46,542 nt of DNA. It comes from Candidatus Saccharimonadota bacterium. Lineage in GTDB: Bacteria > Patescibacteriota > Saccharimonadia > Saccharimonadales > UBA10212. Under the pieces are notes generated by a model. It did no database searches and was not told the origin of the DNA. It worked only from the letters and a program-made list of their open reading frames with translations. The stretch lies in contig JACPKG010000003.1 of NCBI GenBank assembly GCA_016187175.1, positions 1 to 46,542 on the forward strand, given 5' to 3'. The position numbers and the translations under genes were made by a program. How positions within the stretch are numbered: the first letter of the stretch is position 1; every line of letters starts with the position of its first letter. This document shows positions 1 to 8,583 of this stretch, piece by piece.

Positions 1-1822
1 TTCGGTGCGACATTTTTGGTTTTGGCGCCCGAACATAAAATATTCGCCTCAGGCGAATTAAGTATTTCTAAAGAAGTCAAAGATTACATAGAACAGGCTG
101 AACGCAAATCGGAAATCGACCGTATGGAAACCGAGCGTGAGAAGACCGGTGTATTTACCGGTATTTACGCGATCAATCCGGCCAACAAAGAAAAAATTCC
201 CATTTGGGTAGCTGACTATGTTCTACTTGGCTACGGCACTGGCGCCATCATGGCCGTCCCGGCCCACGATGAGCGCGACTGGCAGTTTGCTAAAAAATTC
301 AAGTTGCCGATTGTCCATGTTTACGACCAGAAAGGCGCTGACCCCAAAAGCTGCTATCACGGCGAAGGCATAGTCAAAAACTCCGGACGCTACGATGGCA
401 TGACAACCAGCGATATGCGCGAAAAAATAGTCAAAGATCTGGCCAAAGCTGGCGTAGCTAAAGAAAAAATAAACTACAAAATTCGTGATTGGCTGATCAG
501 CCGGCAGCGTTACTGGGGCGCGCCGATTCCAATCATTCATTGTCCCAAAGATGGCACAGTGCCTGTGCCGGAAGAAAATTTACCAGTGGTTTTGCCAAAG
601 ATGAAAAGCTATGAGCCAAGTGGTGAGGGCCACGGCCCATTGGCTAATGTGCCGGAATTCGTCAATGTCAAATGTCCAAAATGTGGTGGTAAGGCTAAGC
701 GTGAAACAGACACCATGGATGGTTTTGCCTGTAGCAGTTGGTATTTCCTGCGGTTTGCCGACCCCCACAACAGCCAATATGCTTTTGACGAGCAAAAAAC
801 AAAATTCTGGCTGCCGGTTGATGATTATATTGGTGGTGCCGAACATGCCGTCATGCACCTGCTGTACGCCCGTTTTTGGACAAAAGTTATGTTTGACGAG
901 GGCTTGATCAGCTTTGACGAGCCTTTCACTACGCTGCACAACCAGGGCATGATTCTAGCTCCTGATGGGCGCAAAATGAGTAAAAGCTGGAACAATACCA
1001 TTGAGCCGGACAACTTAATCGAACAAGGCTATGGCGCAGATTCTATCCGTCTGTTGGAGCTCTTTATCGGCCCATGGGACCAAACTGCTAACTGGAGTGT
1101 TGAAGGATTGGGTGGCACTTTCCGTTTTCTACAGCGAGTTTGGACGTTGGTTCAAGAATACTCAGATGCAACAAGCAACAAGCAACAAGTAACAAGCTCT
1201 GGGCATAATGCCGAGCTGGAAACACAGATTATGCGGACGGTTCATAAAGCGATCAAGAAAGTCAGTAAAGACTTGAACGAACTTGGCTTTAACACAGCCA
1301 TTGCCGCCCTAATGGAATGTGTCAACCAGCTTTACAAAGTTAAAAACCAAAATGGAATGTGTCAACCAGCTTTACAAAGTTAAAAACCAAGGCCCTTCGA
1401 CCCATTCGATAAGTACTCAGGGTCGCCCTGAGTCTATCGAACGAGCGACTAGGCTCAGGGGGAGCAACTTTTCACTGGTTCAGGAGGCCTGGAGAGACGG
1501 GCTGATTGCTTTAACACAACTGCTGGCACCTTTCGCGCCACACATAGCTGAAGAAATTTGGGCCGAACTGGGACAAGCTGGTTCGGTACATATTAGCCAA
1601 TGGCCAGCTTGGAATGAAGAATTAGTCCAAGAAGACCTAATAACAATTGTTGTTCAGGTCAACGGTAAAGTCCGTGCGGAACTACTACTACCATCTGATA
1701 CAACTGAAAAAGAGGCTGTTGAAGCTGCCAAAAATGACGACAAAGTCGCAAAAAATATAGCCGGTAAAAAGATAAAAAAAGCAATCTACGTCCCCGGCCG
1801 GCTGGTTAGCCTGGTGGTTTAA
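1..1822 (+). CDS. leuS: Leucyl-tRNA synthetase, 5' partial; frame broken by a 40-bp tandem duplication at 1311-1390
   Basis: Motifs YGTGAIMAVPAHDERD, DWLISRQRYWG, KMSKS and C-terminal VQVNGK; ORFs 16-1383 and 1319-1822 join into one frame if one 40-bp copy is removed. Confidence 0.97.
1168..1195 (+). repeat. 7-bp tandem array inside leuS
   Basis: gcaacaa x3 + gtaacaa, encoding ATSNKQQVTS. Confidence 0.9.
1311..1390 (+). repeat. Perfect 40-bp tandem duplication
   Basis: aatggaatgtgtcaaccagctttacaaagttaaaaaccaa at 1311-1350 and 1351-1390. Confidence 0.98.
1393..1460 (+). repeat. Nested REP-like palindromic insertion, in-frame in leuS
   Basis: Outer cccttcg|actaggctcaggg interrupted by a 48-nt inner unit containing ttcgataagtactcaggg-tcg-ccctgagtctatcgaa. 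Confidence 0.8.
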
Positions 1823-2084
1823 GTTGGCTGCCAAAGGCCAGTTTTAAAACACAAACCCCAGTGGCCGCACCGACCGCTAAGCGTTTGACTTTTCTGCTCA
1901 ATCGAGATTCCTGGCGCCTTTTTAGAGATCTTGCCGCAGATTGCTCGAAAAGATCCTCTATTGTCCATTGTTCAACTAGATCTTTTACGGAGTAGTCCGG
2001 TAGGCCTGCAACTATAGCCGCAAATTCTCTGTTAATTTCTTCCGGGCCGTGCCAATCTTCTTCGGCGTCGCGAAAACTATGCAT
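1806..2084 (-). CDS. Hypothetical protein, 92 aa
   Basis: ATG ORF filling the gap after leuS; acidic N-terminus and hydrophobic C-terminus; no recognised family. Confidence 0.5.
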   Translation of the reverse strand: MHSFRDAEEDWHGPEEINREFAAIVAGLPDYSVKDLVEQWTIEDLFEQSAARSLKRRQESRLSRKVKRLAVGAATGVCVLKLAFGSQLKPPG

Positions 2085-2266
2085 ATATCACGATTTAATA
2101 GTTTAATATTCGTTCTGAATTCCCAATATCCATATGATAATGGGATATAATAACAAATAGTTTGCAATAGTAAATAAGGACTTCGCTTAGTAGTGCTGAC
2201 TTAATTACAGGGAAGTAGGTATGAGACAGTCGATCCATAAGATAGTAAAAAGTGTAGGCGGGTAAA

Positions 2267-2413
2267 ATGGGAAAGCCTAAGAAACGAACCAGTTCGCGTC
2301 GCAGCGGCAGGCGGCGTAGCCACCTAGTCACTAAACTGGCTAAGCGCGTGAACGCTAAAAGTCCTGTCAAGGTAAATCTCAAACAGTCAGCCGTCAAAAA
2401 GCCGCTAAAATAA
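2267..2413 (+). CDS. rpmF: 50S ribosomal protein bL32, 48 aa, zinc-free type (absent from ORF track)
   Basis: Translates MGKPKKRTSSRRSGRRRSHLVTKLAKRVNAKSPVKV...; PKKRTS..R...RRSH is the bL32 N-terminal signature. Confidence 0.9.
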   Translation: MGKPKKRTSSRRSGRRRSHLVTKLAKRVNAKSPVKVNLKQSAVKKPLK

Positions 2414-2469
2414 ATAAGAAAAAACCTGCCAAGGGTAGGGTATACTATTAGTAAGGACCAACTTAACAA

Positions 2470-2943
2470 ATGAGTGCCAATCGTCATCTAGGCCGGATAG
2501 TTGCTCTCCAAACCCTTTATGAGCAAGATTTTCGCCAAGAATGCCAGGACGAGGCGTTTAGGCTGAACAATGTTCTAAATCGCAACATTGACCGCTACCA
2601 AGAAACAATCGATGATAAAAAATTCATCAAGCAGCTGGTGAGCGGAGTAGACAGCCATAGGCAGAAAATTGACGATATTATCCAGCCGGTGGCGCCGGAA
2701 TGGCCTATCGAGCAAATCGCTCGGATAGACCGCGTGATTCTGCGGATGGGCGTATACGAGCTTATCTACGGTAGCGAGATACCGCCAAAGGTTGCCATCA
2801 ATGAAGCTGTCGAGCTGGCCAAGGCCTTCGGTGGGGACAACTCATCTAAATTTGTTAATGGTGTTTTGGGTACGGTTCTTAGAAATAAAGAACAAAAGAC
2901 AAAAAACAAAGAGCGAAAACCAAAAGCTATAAAGAAAAAATAA
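2470..2943 (+). CDS. nusB: Transcription antitermination factor NusB
   Basis: [38 protein letters not shown]. Confidence 0.97.
   Translation: MSANRHLGRIVALQTLYEQDFRQECQDEAFRLNNVLNRNIDRYQETIDDKKFIKQLVSGVDSHRQKIDDIIQPVAPEWPIEQIARIDRVILRMGVYELIYGSEIPPKVAINEAVELAKAFGGDNSSKFVNGVLGTVLRNKEQKTKNKERKPKAIKKK
2884..2925 (+). repeat. Degenerate 7-bp array forming the NusB C-terminal tail
   Basis: aataaag aacaaaa gacaaaa aacaaag agcgaaa accaaaa. Confidence 0.65.
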
Positions 2944-2990
2944 GGATATAAATGTTCGTTGTTCACTGAAGCGACTCGAAGGGAGCGGTT

Positions 2991-3488
2991 TTGAAAAGGC
3001 CAAAGCCAATACAGAGTTTCCGCAGACTTATCAGACGGCCAGCCATTAACGAAGTGGTACGCGAACCAACGGCTGGCGGTATAATTTTTCGCCATGCCCC
3101 TAAGCAGCCCAAAGACATAGAAATTTTGCTGATCCAGGACAGTAAGAACCGTTGGACAATCCCTAAAGGGCATATAGAGGAGGGCGAAACGGCGGCTCAG
3201 GCAGCCGAGCGGGAAATTCGCGAGGAAACGGGGTTGACTCGGATGCAAGTTCTAGACTGGCTGGGTAAGATTAACTTCCGCTATCGCCGCGGTAGCAGCT
3301 TAGTATTGATGACGACTGAAATATATTTAGTCAGAGCTAACGGTAGGACCGGCGAGGTCAAGCCCGAAAAATGGATGACCAGTCTGGCCTGGCTACCCGC
3401 CAAGGACGCGCTTGATAAAATTGAATATGAAGACATAGGTAAGCTAATATTGCTAGGACTGAAGAAGATAAGAAAGCAGCAATTATGA
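2991..3488 (+). CDS. NUDIX hydrolase
   Basis: Nudix box GHIEEGETAAQAAEREIREETG. Confidence 0.93.
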   Translation: MKRPKPIQSFRRLIRRPAINEVVREPTAGGIIFRHAPKQPKDIEILLIQDSKNRWTIPKGHIEEGETAAQAAEREIREETGLTRMQVLDWLGKINFRYRRGSSLVLMTTEIYLVRANGRTGEVKPEKWMTSLAWLPAKDALDKIEYEDIGKLILLGLKKIRKQQL

Positions 3489-3547
3489 AACATGAAACAA
3501 GAAACATGAAACAAGAATTCGTATTTCGTGTTTCACAATTCGTAGTT
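3485..3547. repeat. Nine 7-bp units in register, purine-rich half followed by pyrimidine-rich half
   Basis: atgaaac atgaaac aagaaac atgaaac aagaatt cgtattt cgtgttt cacaatt cgtagtt, centred on GAATTC. Confidence 0.85.
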
Positions 3548-3567
3548 CAACGACCGGAGGTTATTTG

Positions 3568-4266
3568 ATGGACATGTCTAAATATCAAGCTTTGGCCGAT
3601 AAGCATTTTGGCGGATTTTCTAATTTAGAATTACTGATTACGGCTTTTACTCACCGTTCCTATCTGAACGAGCATAAAGCTACGGCCAAAGAGCACAACG
3701 AACGGCTAGAGTTTTTGGGTGACGCAGTGCTAGAGCTAGTTGTTACCGAGCATTTGTACAACAACTTTAAGGAACCAGAAGGGGTTTTGACTAACTGGCG
3801 CAGCGCTTTAGTACGGACCGAAAGTATCAGTGGGGCGGCTGAACGTGAAGAGTTTGAGCCGCTGCTTAGATTATCCCGTGGCGAGAAACGCGGATCCGAA
3901 CGCGCCCGTCAGCAAATACTGGCGAATTGTTATGAGGCTGTTGTGGGCGCCCTATACCTTGACAAAGGCTATAAAGCTGCCAAGGAGTTCATTAACCGTA
4001 CACTGCTGCCGGCCCTAGAAGAAATTCTGCAAAACGGTGCGTGGTTAGACCCCAAGTCTCAGCTTCAAGAAAGAGTTCAGAGTCGCGAGGGCTTCACGCC
4101 TGTATATAAGGTTATGCAGGAAGAAGGTCCGGACCATAATAAAATATTTATGGTTGGCGTTTATGTCAATGATGAGCTAAAAGGTAAGGGCGAAGGACCA
4201 AGTAAGCAAACAGCCCAAGTGACTGCCGCCACCGCTGCCCTGCGACAATACCTGAAAGAGGATTGA
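3568..4266 (+). CDS. rnc: Ribonuclease III
   Basis: NERLEFLGDAVL signature; dsRBD DPKSQLQE...GPDH; SD ggagg upstream. Confidence 0.98.
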   Translation: MDMSKYQALADKHFGGFSNLELLITAFTHRSYLNEHKATAKEHNERLEFLGDAVLELVVTEHLYNNFKEPEGVLTNWRSALVRTESISGAAEREEFEPLLRLSRGEKRGSERARQQILANCYEAVVGALYLDKGYKAAKEFINRTLLPALEEILQNGAWLDPKSQLQERVQSREGFTPVYKVMQEEGPDHNKIFMVGVYVNDELKGKGEGPSKQTAQVTAATAALRQYLKED

Positions 4267-4291
4267 CTTCAGGGGTGGTTATCTGTAAAAT
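4263..4291 (+). promoter_or_regulatory. Sigma70-type promoter of rpsP
   Basis: TTGACT-17 bp-TAAAAT, ATG 9 nt after the -10 box, no SD. Confidence 0.7.
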
Positions 4292-4300
4292 GGCCTAGAC

Positions 4301-4747
4301 ATGTTAACTATTCGCCTCCAGCGCCGCGGGCGCAGTGGTCATGCTCAGTTTAGACTGGTGGTTCAAGATAGCCGTTTTCATCCCACCAGCGGACGGGTGG
4401 TAGCCTACGTTGGCAGTTATGACCCGCACACCAAAGCCACAACACTTGACGGTGAAAAAATAAGCACATATCTGTCCAGCGGAGCTCAACCATCAGATAA
4501 GGTTGCCAAATTATTGCAAAAGGCAGGCATCAAACTGCCCAACTGGTTTAAAGCCGCGGCGCCAAGAACCGGCAAAGTCCGCAATCCTGAAAAGCGCCGC
4601 AGCACACGCTTGCCTTCCGAAGGAACTCCTACTGAGCCTGAAGCCCAAACAGCAAATGCTGAAACACCAACTGAAGCGCCGGCCGCAGAGGTACCCGAAA
4701 CTAAATCTGCCGAGGAGGAAAAACCGGCTGACCTCTTAAAAGAATGA
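4301..4747 (+). CDS. rpsP: 30S ribosomal protein S16 with acidic C-terminal extension
   Basis: IRLQRRG, VGSYDP, GAQPSDKV. Confidence 0.97.
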   Translation: MLTIRLQRRGRSGHAQFRLVVQDSRFHPTSGRVVAYVGSYDPHTKATTLDGEKISTYLSSGAQPSDKVAKLLQKAGIKLPNWFKAAAPRTGKVRNPEKRRSTRLPSEGTPTEPEAQTANAETPTEAPAAEVPETKSAEEEKPADLLKE

Positions 4748-4791
4748 TATAATAGACTAACAATTTAGTTTCAGAGAGAAGGAGAAAAGCT

Positions 4792-5358
4792 GTGGCGGTA
4801 AGTATAGACCAGCAATTCATAGAATATATCATTAAGTCCATAGTCGGTCATCCAGAGGACATCAAGATCGAGCGCCGGATTGACGAAAAAGGCGTTTTGT
4901 TAGAGCTATCAGTTAACCCCGAAGATCTTGGCCGGGTTATTGGCAAACGCGGCGCGACAGCACAGAGCATCCGTACACTTCTGCGGGCGCTGGGTACCAA
5001 GAACGACGCCCGTTACAACCTCAAAATCATAGATACAGGACCACCGCCAGAGAGCAGAGGACCCGCCTTCGCCGAGGCTTCCCCCTTCGCTGATGCTTCG
5101 GAGGACAAGTCGGTGGACGGGTCGGAGGGCAGGACAGAAGACAGAGGAAAAGTTCCAGCTGTGGCCACAGCTAGTGACGATGATGTAGTAGCAGATACCC
5201 CAAGTGACGATACAGCAGTGCCTGACGATTCGGCCAGAGCCGATGATGTAGATATGACTGAGGACGAAGAGTTGCCCAAGACACCCAAAGAAGATCATAG
5301 CGACGTAGTCAGCCGCACGCGCAAAGAATTAGCCGACCTCGACGACCTAGACGTCTAG
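4792..5358 (+). CDS. khpA: KH-domain RNA-binding protein (KhpA/YlqC family) with long acidic tail
   Basis: DLGRVIGKRGATAQSIR (GxxG KH loop); position after rpsP. Confidence 0.9.
   Translation: MAVSIDQQFIEYIIKSIVGHPEDIKIERRIDEKGVLLELSVNPEDLGRVIGKRGATAQSIRTLLRALGTKNDARYNLKIIDTGPPPESRGPAFAEASPFADASEDKSVDGSEGRTEDRGKVPAVATASDDDVVADTPSDDTAVPDDSARADDVDMTEDEELPKTPKEDHSDVVSRTRKELADLDDLDV
5049..5147 (+). repeat. Two nested 30-nt REP-like units inside a 7-bp array, in-frame in khpA
   Basis: Outer cccgccttcgccgaggct|tcggtggacggg (5062-5079 + 5110-5121) split by inner tcccccttcgctgatgcttcggaggacaag (5080-5109). Confidence 0.85.
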
Positions 5359-5374
5359 GAGGCTTCGCCTTCCA

Positions 5375-5442
5375 GAAGACAACCTACGGTTTTCTTCCGG
5401 CGCTCACTGTTGGAGTGAATCCAACTTCCGTCTGCGCCGGAA
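5375..5442 (+). repeat. Multi-hairpin intergenic element
   Basis: gaagacaacc-tac-ggttttcttc; ttccggcgc/gcgccggaa enclosing gttgga-gtgaa-tccaac; first hairpin recurs at 19099-19121 on the minus strand. Confidence 0.65.
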
Positions 5443-5524
5443 CCATTCGCTGCTAACTTTCCCTCAATCCAGCATCCTGTTTTTTCTCCGAAGAGGTAAA
5501 TAAAACTCTGATATTATCTAGGAG

Positions 5525-5608
5525 ATGATTTATCTAATTTTGGCAGTTGGCCTGGGGTTGGTTTTGGCAGGTCTTGCCGTCGTTATTTACGCTCGGGCAA
5601 CCGCTTAA
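5525..5608 (+). CDS. Putative 27-aa single-pass membrane microprotein (absent from ORF track)
   Basis: MIYLILAVGLGLVLAGLAVVIYARATA; stop 3 nt before the trmD ATG. Confidence 0.5.
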   Translation: MIYLILAVGLGLVLAGLAVVIYARATA

Positions 5609-5611
5609 TTT

Positions 5612-6286
5612 ATGAAGATTCAAGTTATTACGCTGTTTCCGGAGATGTTTGAGGGTGTCTTAAATACCAGTATGTTGCGGAAGGCACAAGATAAAAAACT
5701 GGTCGAGTACAAGCTAATCAACTTACGGAACTTTGGTATTGGACCACGTAAGCAGGTTGATGACACACCTTATGGCGGCGGCGATGGCATGGTGTTGCGT
5801 GTTGAACCGCTGCTAGCAGCGGTTCAACACGCAATGTCGTCCATTCGACAGGCTCAGGACAGGTCAGTCACTAATCGTCAGTCACTAGTCGTTTTGATGA
5901 CGCCGAGGGGAAAGAAGTTCACTCAGGCCAAGGCTAGAGAATTATCAAGAATTGATAATCTGATTTTAGTTTGCGGACGCTACGAGGGCTATGACGAACG
6001 CGTCACTAGTTTTATTGATGAGCAGATTTCAATCGGTGACTACGTGCTGACTGGCGGCGAATTGCCGGCTATGGTGGTAATTGATGCAGTCACCCGTTTG
6101 ATCCCCGGTGTACTGGGTGGTACCACCAGCGCCGTGCGGGAAAGTTTCGCTCAAGCAGGCGTCGTTGAATACCCGCAGTACACTCGTCCGGAAAAATTCC
6201 GTGGTCTGAAAGTTCCCAAAGTGCTACTGTCTGGTCACCATGCCGAAGTTGAAAAGTGGCGCACTGGTCAGCAGAGGAAAAAGTGA
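5612..6286 (+). CDS. trmD: tRNA (guanine-N1)-methyltransferase
   Basis: VDDTPYGGGDGMV, CGRYEG.DER, SIGDYVLTGGE, YPQYTRP. Confidence 0.98.
   Translation: MKIQVITLFPEMFEGVLNTSMLRKAQDKKLVEYKLINLRNFGIGPRKQVDDTPYGGGDGMVLRVEPLLAAVQHAMSSIRQAQDRSVTNRQSLVVLMTPRGKKFTQAKARELSRIDNLILVCGRYEGYDERVTSFIDEQISIGDYVLTGGELPAMVVIDAVTRLIPGVLGGTTSAVRESFAQAGVVEYPQYTRPEKFRGLKVPKVLLSGHHAEVEKWRTGQQRKK
5833..5891 (+). repeat. 24-nt REP-like unit inserted in a 7-bp array, in-frame in trmD
   Basis: tccattcgacaggctcaggacagg (5840-5863); removal restores aatgtcg tcagtca ctaatcg tcagtca ctagtcg. Confidence 0.85.
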
Positions 6287-6314
6287 TATCATAAAGCTTA
6301 TAACAGGAGGGCTT

Positions 6315-6803
6315 ATGACAAAGTTGCAAGATCAACTTAATAGGTGGATGACCGGTACGGACGAATTACCAGCCCTGCGCGATAAAGACTGGTATCTAAG
6401 CAATTTGTTAGGAGCCGTCTTCGTAGTTATGGCAATCCTGCAAATCATCAGCTTTAATGGTTTTAAAGAAGCGCTTAGGGGAATTGGCCTGACCTCTAGT
6501 CCGGCGGTTTGGGCGGTGTTACTTATCATAGTTGAGCTGTGGGCAATGCTTGGTTTCTTTAAGATACGCTTAAACCCTTTGGCCCGCCGGCTTAGCGGTC
6601 TCTTTGCCGTCTTGGTCAGCGGTTTCTGGTTTATTCAGACAATGAAGCTTGTCTCCGAAGGCGCCGCAGGCCAATTGCCCGGTAGCGGGTTTTTTGGTAA
6701 ATATCTTCAACAATCACCGGGCTGGTGGACGGTCGTTGAAGCCAGCTTGCTGCTATTTACGGTGGTTTATGTTTTAAGCCTGTCTGACTCGAAGAATAAA
6801 TAA
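6315..6803 (+). CDS. Membrane protein with about 4 TM helices (possibly DoxX/MauE-like)
   Basis: SD aggagg before ATG 6315; four hydrophobic segments; family call tentative. Confidence 0.7.
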   Translation: MTKLQDQLNRWMTGTDELPALRDKDWYLSNLLGAVFVVMAILQIISFNGFKEALRGIGLTSSPAVWAVLLIIVELWAMLGFFKIRLNPLARRLSGLFAVLVSGFWFIQTMKLVSEGAAGQLPGSGFFGKYLQQSPGWWTVVEASLLLFTVVYVLSLSDSKNK

Positions 6804-6805
6804 CT

Positions 6806-7417
6806 ATGTTTAAGTTGCCGCCACTTGGTTACGATTTTGCTGCACTAGAACCCTACATTGATGCCAAGACAATGGAAATTCATCACGGCAAGCACCATGG
6901 AGCTTATGTCGAGAAACTAAATACCGCTCTGGAAAAGTATCCCAAGCTGCAAAATAAAAAAATCGAAGACTTGCTAATCAATATAAAAAACGTTCCCGAT
7001 GATATTAGCACAGCTGTCCAAAACAACGGCGGCGGCCACCATAACCATACACTGTTCTGGGAAAGTATGAAACCGGGAGGATCCCCGTACCATTCGGTGC
7101 AGGGCACAGCCCAAAACGTACCCGAAGCTATCACTACAACGTTCGGTAGCTTAGATAACTTCAAAGCCAAGATGACCGAAGCCGCCATCAACCGTTTTGG
7201 CTCCGGCTGGGCCTGGCTGGTCAAAAATAGTAACAATCTAGAGGTTTATTCCACGGCCAACCAGGACAGCCCGTTGATGGAAGGTAAAACACCAATTCTT
7301 GGGCTAGATGTCTGGGAACACGCCTACTATTTGAAATACCAAAACCGCCGCCCCGATTATGTCGAAGCTTGGTGGCAGGTTGTGAACTGGGACGTTGTTA
7401 GCGAGCGCTTAAGTTAG
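6806..7417 (+). CDS. sodA: Fe/Mn superoxide dismutase, Mn-type residues
   Basis: [33 protein letters not shown]. Confidence 0.96.
   Translation: MFKLPPLGYDFAALEPYIDAKTMEIHHGKHHGAYVEKLNTALEKYPKLQNKKIEDLLINIKNVPDDISTAVQNNGGGHHNHTLFWESMKPGGSPYHSVQGTAQNVPEAITTTFGSLDNFKAKMTEAAINRFGSGWAWLVKNSNNLEVYSTANQDSPLMEGKTPILGLDVWEHAYYLKYQNRRPDYVEAWWQVVNWDVVSERLS
7083..7104 (+). repeat. Short hairpin in the SOD inter-domain linker
   Basis: ccccgtacc-attc-ggtgcaggg encoding SPYHSVQG. Confidence 0.5.
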
Positions 7418-7425
7418 TCTAGGTC

Positions 7426-7671
7426 TTACTTTAGACTCTTTTTTTCACGGACTTTTTTCATAGATTTATCGATGAGTTGATTTATTATTTTTTTAAATCT
7501 TTGTAAGTGGCGGTCTGCCCACTCGAACTCCAGCGATAGAATAAAAAGTCCACCGGCTGTAACAAGGACTCCGGGACCGGGCAAGGGAATTAAAATCAGG
7601 CCAATAATAAGTACGGGCAGACCCAGAAGCGCAATAATTATCTTACGCAGGGTTCTATAAGTCTTTCCCAT
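7426..7671 (-). CDS. PGPGW-like small membrane protein
   Basis: LIPLPGPG...LSLEFEWA motif. Confidence 0.85.
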   Translation of the reverse strand: MGKTYRTLRKIIIALLGLPVLIIGLILIPLPGPGVLVTAGGLFILSLEFEWADRHLQRFKKIINQLIDKSMKKVREKKSLK

Positions 7672-7672
7672 A

Positions 7673-8173
7673 CTATAGATTTTGTATTTTAAATAGGAAA
7701 CCTACGATAATACCCAAAGCTGTAGCCAACCCCCCGATAATCAAAATTTTCAGGCCGCCTTTGAAAGCACTAACTCGAAGAATACGACCTTTAACGTACC
7801 CCAATAAGAATAGAGTAGCAAGAGCAGCTAATACGCTGGTGATTAGAGAGGTAGGATAATCCAGAATCAGTATTGGTGTAAGAGGAATTAAGCCTGCCAG
7901 CAAGTATGATGAGAACATCAACAGGCCACTAACGGAAGCGCTCTCGGTGTTACGATCTATTTTGTCCAATCCTTTTACGGCGTCGTCACTTAAATATTCG
8001 CCGGCACCCATAGACACAGCTTCGATGATAATCGCTACAACCCCACCAAGAATAACAAGGCGATTACTGTTGGCCCCGACGCTTAGGCCAGCTATCAAAC
8101 CGGTTGTCGAGACCAGGCTGTCTTCTACACCAAAAAGCGTACTGCGCAGGTATTCTCGTTTAATTTGTTTCAC
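7673..8173 (-). CDS. VIT1/CCC1 family metal transporter, short form
   Basis: FGVEDSLVS, SMGAGEYLS, five hydrophobic segments. Confidence 0.88.
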   Translation of the reverse strand: MKQIKREYLRSTLFGVEDSLVSTTGLIAGLSVGANSNRLVILGGVVAIIIEAVSMGAGEYLSDDAVKGLDKIDRNTESASVSGLLMFSSYLLAGLIPLTPILILDYPTSLITSVLAALATLFLLGYVKGRILRVSAFKGGLKILIIGGLATALGIIVGFLFKIQNL

Positions 8174-8387
8174 TAGACTTTATTATAGTAGTTTTGATCG
8201 ATAAGATATAACCTGAGGAAGTTACTAGGGAATGACCTCATCGAAACATGACCTTTTAGCTCATCATAAAATTAATAACCATAGTTCATAACTCTAGATT
8301 TCACTTCATGGTCAACTGCCTCTCTCAATCTGCCAAGCAAACAGCGTCTTGGCCTGGCAGATTGTATATGGGAAAATAAATACGTAT

Positions 8388-8461
8388 TCCGGGATCGTCT
8401 AACGGTAGGACGCTAGACTCTGGATCTGGTAATCTTGGTTCGAGCCCAAGTCCCGGAGCCA
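8388..8461 (+). tRNA. tRNA-Gln, anticodon CTG
   Basis: Acceptor tccggga/tcccgga, anticodon arm ctaga-ctCTGga-tctgg, T loop ggttcgagcc, encoded CCA. Confidence 0.96.
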
Positions 8462-8496
8462 TTCGACTCATCCGCTAACACTTACTCGCTCATGGC
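8458..8496 (+). repeat. REP-like unit overlapping the tRNA 3' end
   Basis: gccattcgactc...actcgctcatggc; same TTCGAC...GCTCA core as the leuS and trmD units. Confidence 0.6.
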
Positions 8497-8537
8497 CTAC
8501 GGCCGCGAGGTGTAAAACCAAATTGAATTATTTATAG

Positions 8538-8583
8538 TGCTGGGGTCCTAGGATCATAGGCTCTAATCCCTCTTTTTCAGCCA
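8538..8583 (+). pseudogene. Possible degenerate tRNA remnant
   Basis: gctgggg can pair with ttttcagc, followed by ca; ggctctaatcc resembles a decayed T loop ggttcgaatcc. Confidence 0.3.

Noticed and set aside
1319-1822. Naturally split LeuRS or programmed frameshift
   Set aside because: The break is fully explained by an exact 40-bp duplication; there is no slippery site or credible start
2095-2487. 130-aa minus-strand ORF
   Set aside because: Antisense shadow of rpmF
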